Assembly (NCBI GenBank): GCA_000388065.2
Contig: KB932203.1
From: Fonticula alba ATCC 38817
Taxonomy: Eukaryota; Protista; Nucleariida
Length of the DNA: 12,891 bases
Reading direction: 5' to 3' (one strand)
The position numbers and the translations under genes were made by a program. Below are positions 10,086 through 12,891 of the stretch, piece by piece. Below the pieces are notes generated by a model. The model saw only the letters and a program-made list of their open reading frames with translations, was not told the origin of the DNA and searched no databases. The number at the start of each line of letters is the position of its first letter. Within the stretch, counting starts at the first letter, position 1.

Positions 10086-12211
10086 ATGTCAAGGTCCGCC
10101 ATACCACCGCTGGCCACGCCGCCGCCGCTGCCCCCGCGGCCGGTTACCGCCACGGCCACCCTTCCCACCCCTCCCGATGTCAACAGCCCTGAGTACATCC
10201 CTCTGGAGGAGTTCCTGCTCGAGCTGGAGCCCCCCCCAGCGCCGGAGCCCCCGCGCTTTGGGGCCACCTCGCTTCCCCTGCAGGTGCTGGCCTACCGCCA
10301 GTGGCAGAGCCACCTGCAGCAAAAAACCTTCCGGCCCAGCTACCCAGCTCATTCACTGCGCGCACACATGGCCCACTCGGTGCGCCTGGTGGAGTTCCCC
10401 CGCCCGGCTACCGGGGGCGCCTGGCCGACCGAGCTAAATTGGACCGGCTCACTGCTGTCTTCGGGATCTGAGGCGTTCCAACGGAGTCAGGACTCTTCGC
10501 TGCCGGTCCCAGTGGCACCGCACCGCCTGGCAACCGATGCCCCCGCTTGCATCCACCTTCCGCGGGATCCCTTTTCGGTTGATGTCCTCCAAAGTGGCGA
10601 GGCGGTGGACTGCTTCGGATACCAAGCGCGTAGCCTGCTAAACACGCGGGGGGGCTTGCTGAACCCCGGGCATTTGACCGTTGGCTTTGCCCTGCATCCG
10701 GCCCCTGGACATCGTGCCTACACGGATTTCGAACTCCCGGTCCCCGGGCTGTCGTACTTCCAGCCGCAAGCGGCATTTGCGGCGATTGGCCGCGGGTGTG
10801 GCCGTCTATCTTCCCGAGTTTGGGCATACATGACATCCAAGCCCAACCCGGTGGCCACGGCCAATGTGTACATGGTCCCGGGGCAGGTGGTAGCCGGCAC
10901 CGGCATTGCGAACACCAGTGTCCCCGTCATCCACACGGTGACCACCACGGCCATGCTCCCCGAGCCGGAGGGCAGCAAGGAGGGGTCTCGTGTGCGTGAG
11001 CTCCCTCCCCCAGGGACCTCCTTTGTCGCTCGACCGGTGGAAGCTGGCTTGACGTATGTTCAAGGTCCGCTCTTTGGTGCGGCATCGGTCAACATCAGCC
11101 CCGGAGCCATGACCACCGGTTTGGCTCCGGGCCGGCCCACCGGCAGCATCGCCTTTCGCATGGTGCATGGCTATGGAGCCGAAGAGGACCCGGTGACAGT
11201 GAGGCTCTTCTGCAAGGCGATCCCCGGGCCTGGTACGCTCTGTTGCCCTTTTTTTTTCTCTTCCCGTCCCTCGCTCACAATGTCAGCGTCCTCATTCCGG
11301 TCGGCCCCCCTCCCCCTCCCCCCCCCCCGTGCCATGTTGGAAAATAATTGCCCTGGATGACAGAGCCCGAGACTTCGGCCCTGCTGTCAACTCGCCTGCG
11401 TCTGCTGCCAAACATTTCGACCAGCCTCGCGGTTGACCTTCTCCGGAAGAATGGCACCATGGACTTGTGCGGGCATGTGGGCGACATCTTTAGTGTAGCG
11501 GCTCGAGTGAACCGGAGCTTCTCTTCGGGCGCCAGCAGTGAGGGGATTCCCTTTTCCCTGGGGTTCCGGTACCTGCGGGCGTCGACCCCGCCCGTGCCGG
11601 TGGCCGCCCGGTCCCGGCGGGGCATGCCATCTGGTGAAACGCCAGCCTCCGAGCCGCCACTCATTTATGAGCTCTCGGCCCGCCTGGCTCCCATGGAGCC
11701 GGCTCTGGAGGTCACCCTGTTCCAGGAAATGCAGACCGGTCGCGGCCGGCTGCTGTCCTTTGGAGGAATGCTTCGCTTCGCTGGGGCCGAGATCCCGGCC
11801 TCCGTTTCCTCGTCGGACTCGGCCCATGCGGGTGGGGACAATGCCGCGCTCGCGGCACTCGGCCGGCATCGGCATCCCCGGTCGCCAGGGGCTTCCGAAG
11901 GGGTCTTCCGTGCAAGCGGCTCCTCCACGCTGGTGGACTCCTTCGACCATTGGGTGGCCGAAACCCGCCGGGAGGGCGGCCTGCAGTTTGCCGTCGCCGG
12001 GCGCTGGCAGGCCACCCGATCGACCACCCTCTCCGGCCAGGTGGACCTGCATGGGCGCTTTGCATCGCGTCTGACCTGGGTGCTGCCCTTCCAATCGGTG
12101 GCGCATGTTGGTTTGTCGGCCGGCTGGTGCGGGCAGGTCCTCTCCTCGAGTGATGGGGCCGAGCAATTCCCCCGTGGGATCGGCCTGGGATTGACGATCA
12201 ACCAATTGTGA
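10086..12211 (+). CDS. Putative mitochondrial outer-membrane beta-barrel of the eukaryotic porin superfamily, Mdm10-like; 664 aa, 2 exons
   Basis: Exons 10086-11232 and 11364-12211 (1995 nt), intron 11233-11363 (GTACGC..CAG, phase 1) joins ORFs 10086 and 11348. There are many alternating hydrophobic/polar strand-like segments. The C-terminus STTLSGQVDLHGRFASRLTW...VGLSAGW...GIGLGLTINQL resembles the last strands and beta-signal of Tom40/Mdm10-type barrels. The gene model is solid; the family assignment is by eye only. Confidence 0.5.
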
Positions 12212-12298
12212 GGGGCCCCTCTCTCTCTCTCTCTCCCTCTCTCTCCCTCTCCCGCGCGTCGGCCTTGGCAATGTACCAGGGAGGGAGCCGAGGAAAGA

Positions 12299-12308
12299 AA
12301 TAAATAAA
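12299..12308 (+). terminator. Tandem AATAAA polyadenylation-signal-like motif
   Basis: AATAAATAAA contains two overlapping AATAAA hexamers about 90 nt after the stop of the 10086-12211 gene, in otherwise GC-rich DNA. Confidence 0.5.
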
Positions 12309-12479
12309 AGCACCACCGTTCGAGCCGTGATGTGGGGGGGATCCTTCTTTCACCATTCCCCCGACGTGTGCCCCCCTCTTCGGCGTCCCGCCCCTCTTTC
12401 GATCAAGGGCCACAAGGCTCGACCAGATTGCTGTAGCAGGGTTCACACGGGTTAAGCCTAAGTCAAGTGAGTGAGGCTT

Positions 12480-12891
12480 GACGAAGGGCACCAGTGTGAT
12501 CTGCCACCTGGTTAGTAACCTCTTGGCATGAAGGAGGGGACATACCAACCAGCGGTTCACGGTCGTCTGTTACCAGATGAGTCAGTAACTCGGCTTGAGA
12601 CGAGTTAGTGGCAAGCGAAAATAGAAAGGAACTCGAATGTTAAAAAGGGTTCGAGAGGAAGCCTTAGAACAGGTGTTCGTCGGCCTAACTGGTGCTTCGG
12701 CTATACTTCCGTATACTCTTCGACACACAGCTGCTAAGGCTTTCGCTCTCAGGAGGCTCTCAACGAGAGTCCCCCTTTTTGACCTTTGGGCTCGGTCAGG
12801 GGTTGGAACTGAGAACCCCGCGGCTGGGCCCGCCCACCCGCGTATCTCCGTCCTCGGTCGAGCGTTTATGCCGCTCGGCCTCGGCGGCCAC
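12480..12891 (+). ncRNA. Candidate structured non-coding RNA, family unassigned (may continue past the window edge)
   Basis: About ten stems, including a nested domain 12642-12780 (AAAAAGGG/CCCTTTTT; GAGAG/CTCTC; GAAGCCTTAG/CTAAGGCTTT; CAG/CTG; GTGT/ACAC; GTCG/CGAC). Three stems gain G-U pairs only in the + orientation. The segment lacks the poly-C and microsatellite texture of the other intergenic DNA. The boundaries and strand are tentative. Confidence 0.4.

Noticed and set aside
12321-12370. GAGCCGTGATG resembling the start of group II intron domain V
   Set aside because: The complementary 3' arm (ending CGGTTC) and the GNRA-capped stem are absent, and there is no RT/maturase ORF.
12574-12620. 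Hammerhead-like CAGATGA...GAAA
   Set aside because: The core would need CTGATGA, and the stem II spacing and stem III/cleavage triplet do not fit.
12430-12891. Telomerase RNA, RNase P/MRP, SRP or U3 assignment for the structured element
   Set aside because: There is no 1.5-repeat CTAACCCTAA-type template, no P4-forming CR-I/CR-V pair, no SRP helix-8 motif and no complete U3 box set. Only isolated short matches occur (GAGTCCCC, TTGGAAC, TTGGGCTC, GAGGAAG).
1-12891. CRISPR array, tRNA, rRNA, transposase or RT genes
   Set aside because: No regularly spaced repeats, cloverleaf, rRNA signature or catalytic motifs were seen.

Overview
GC-rich, intron-containing eukaryotic genomic DNA with many microsatellites and poly-C/pyrimidine tracts. 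The style suggests a unicellular opisthokont such as Fonticula, but that is an impression, not an identification. Four spliced genes can be reconstructed by hand with consistent reading-frame phases. (1) A 7-exon, ~1415-aa Q/H/S/G/P-rich protein with no recognisable folded domain (+, 1595-6710). (2) A 3-exon TFIIIC triple-barrel subunit, GTF3C6/Tfc7-N-like (-, 7439-8063). (3) A divergently transcribed 3-exon, 147-aa probable single-pass mitochondrial membrane protein (+, 8752-9430). (4) A 2-exon, 664-aa probable mitochondrial-porin-superfamily beta-barrel, most like Mdm10 (+, 10086-12211). All 11 inferred introns start GTRCG. The most unusual unexplained feature is the last ~400 nt (about 12480-12891), a lower-GC, repeat-free segment densely packed with nested stems that looks like a structured RNA I cannot assign to a known family. 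Most ORFs in the six-frame track are GC-rich shadow frames. I found no mobile-element genes, CRISPR array, tRNA or rRNA.
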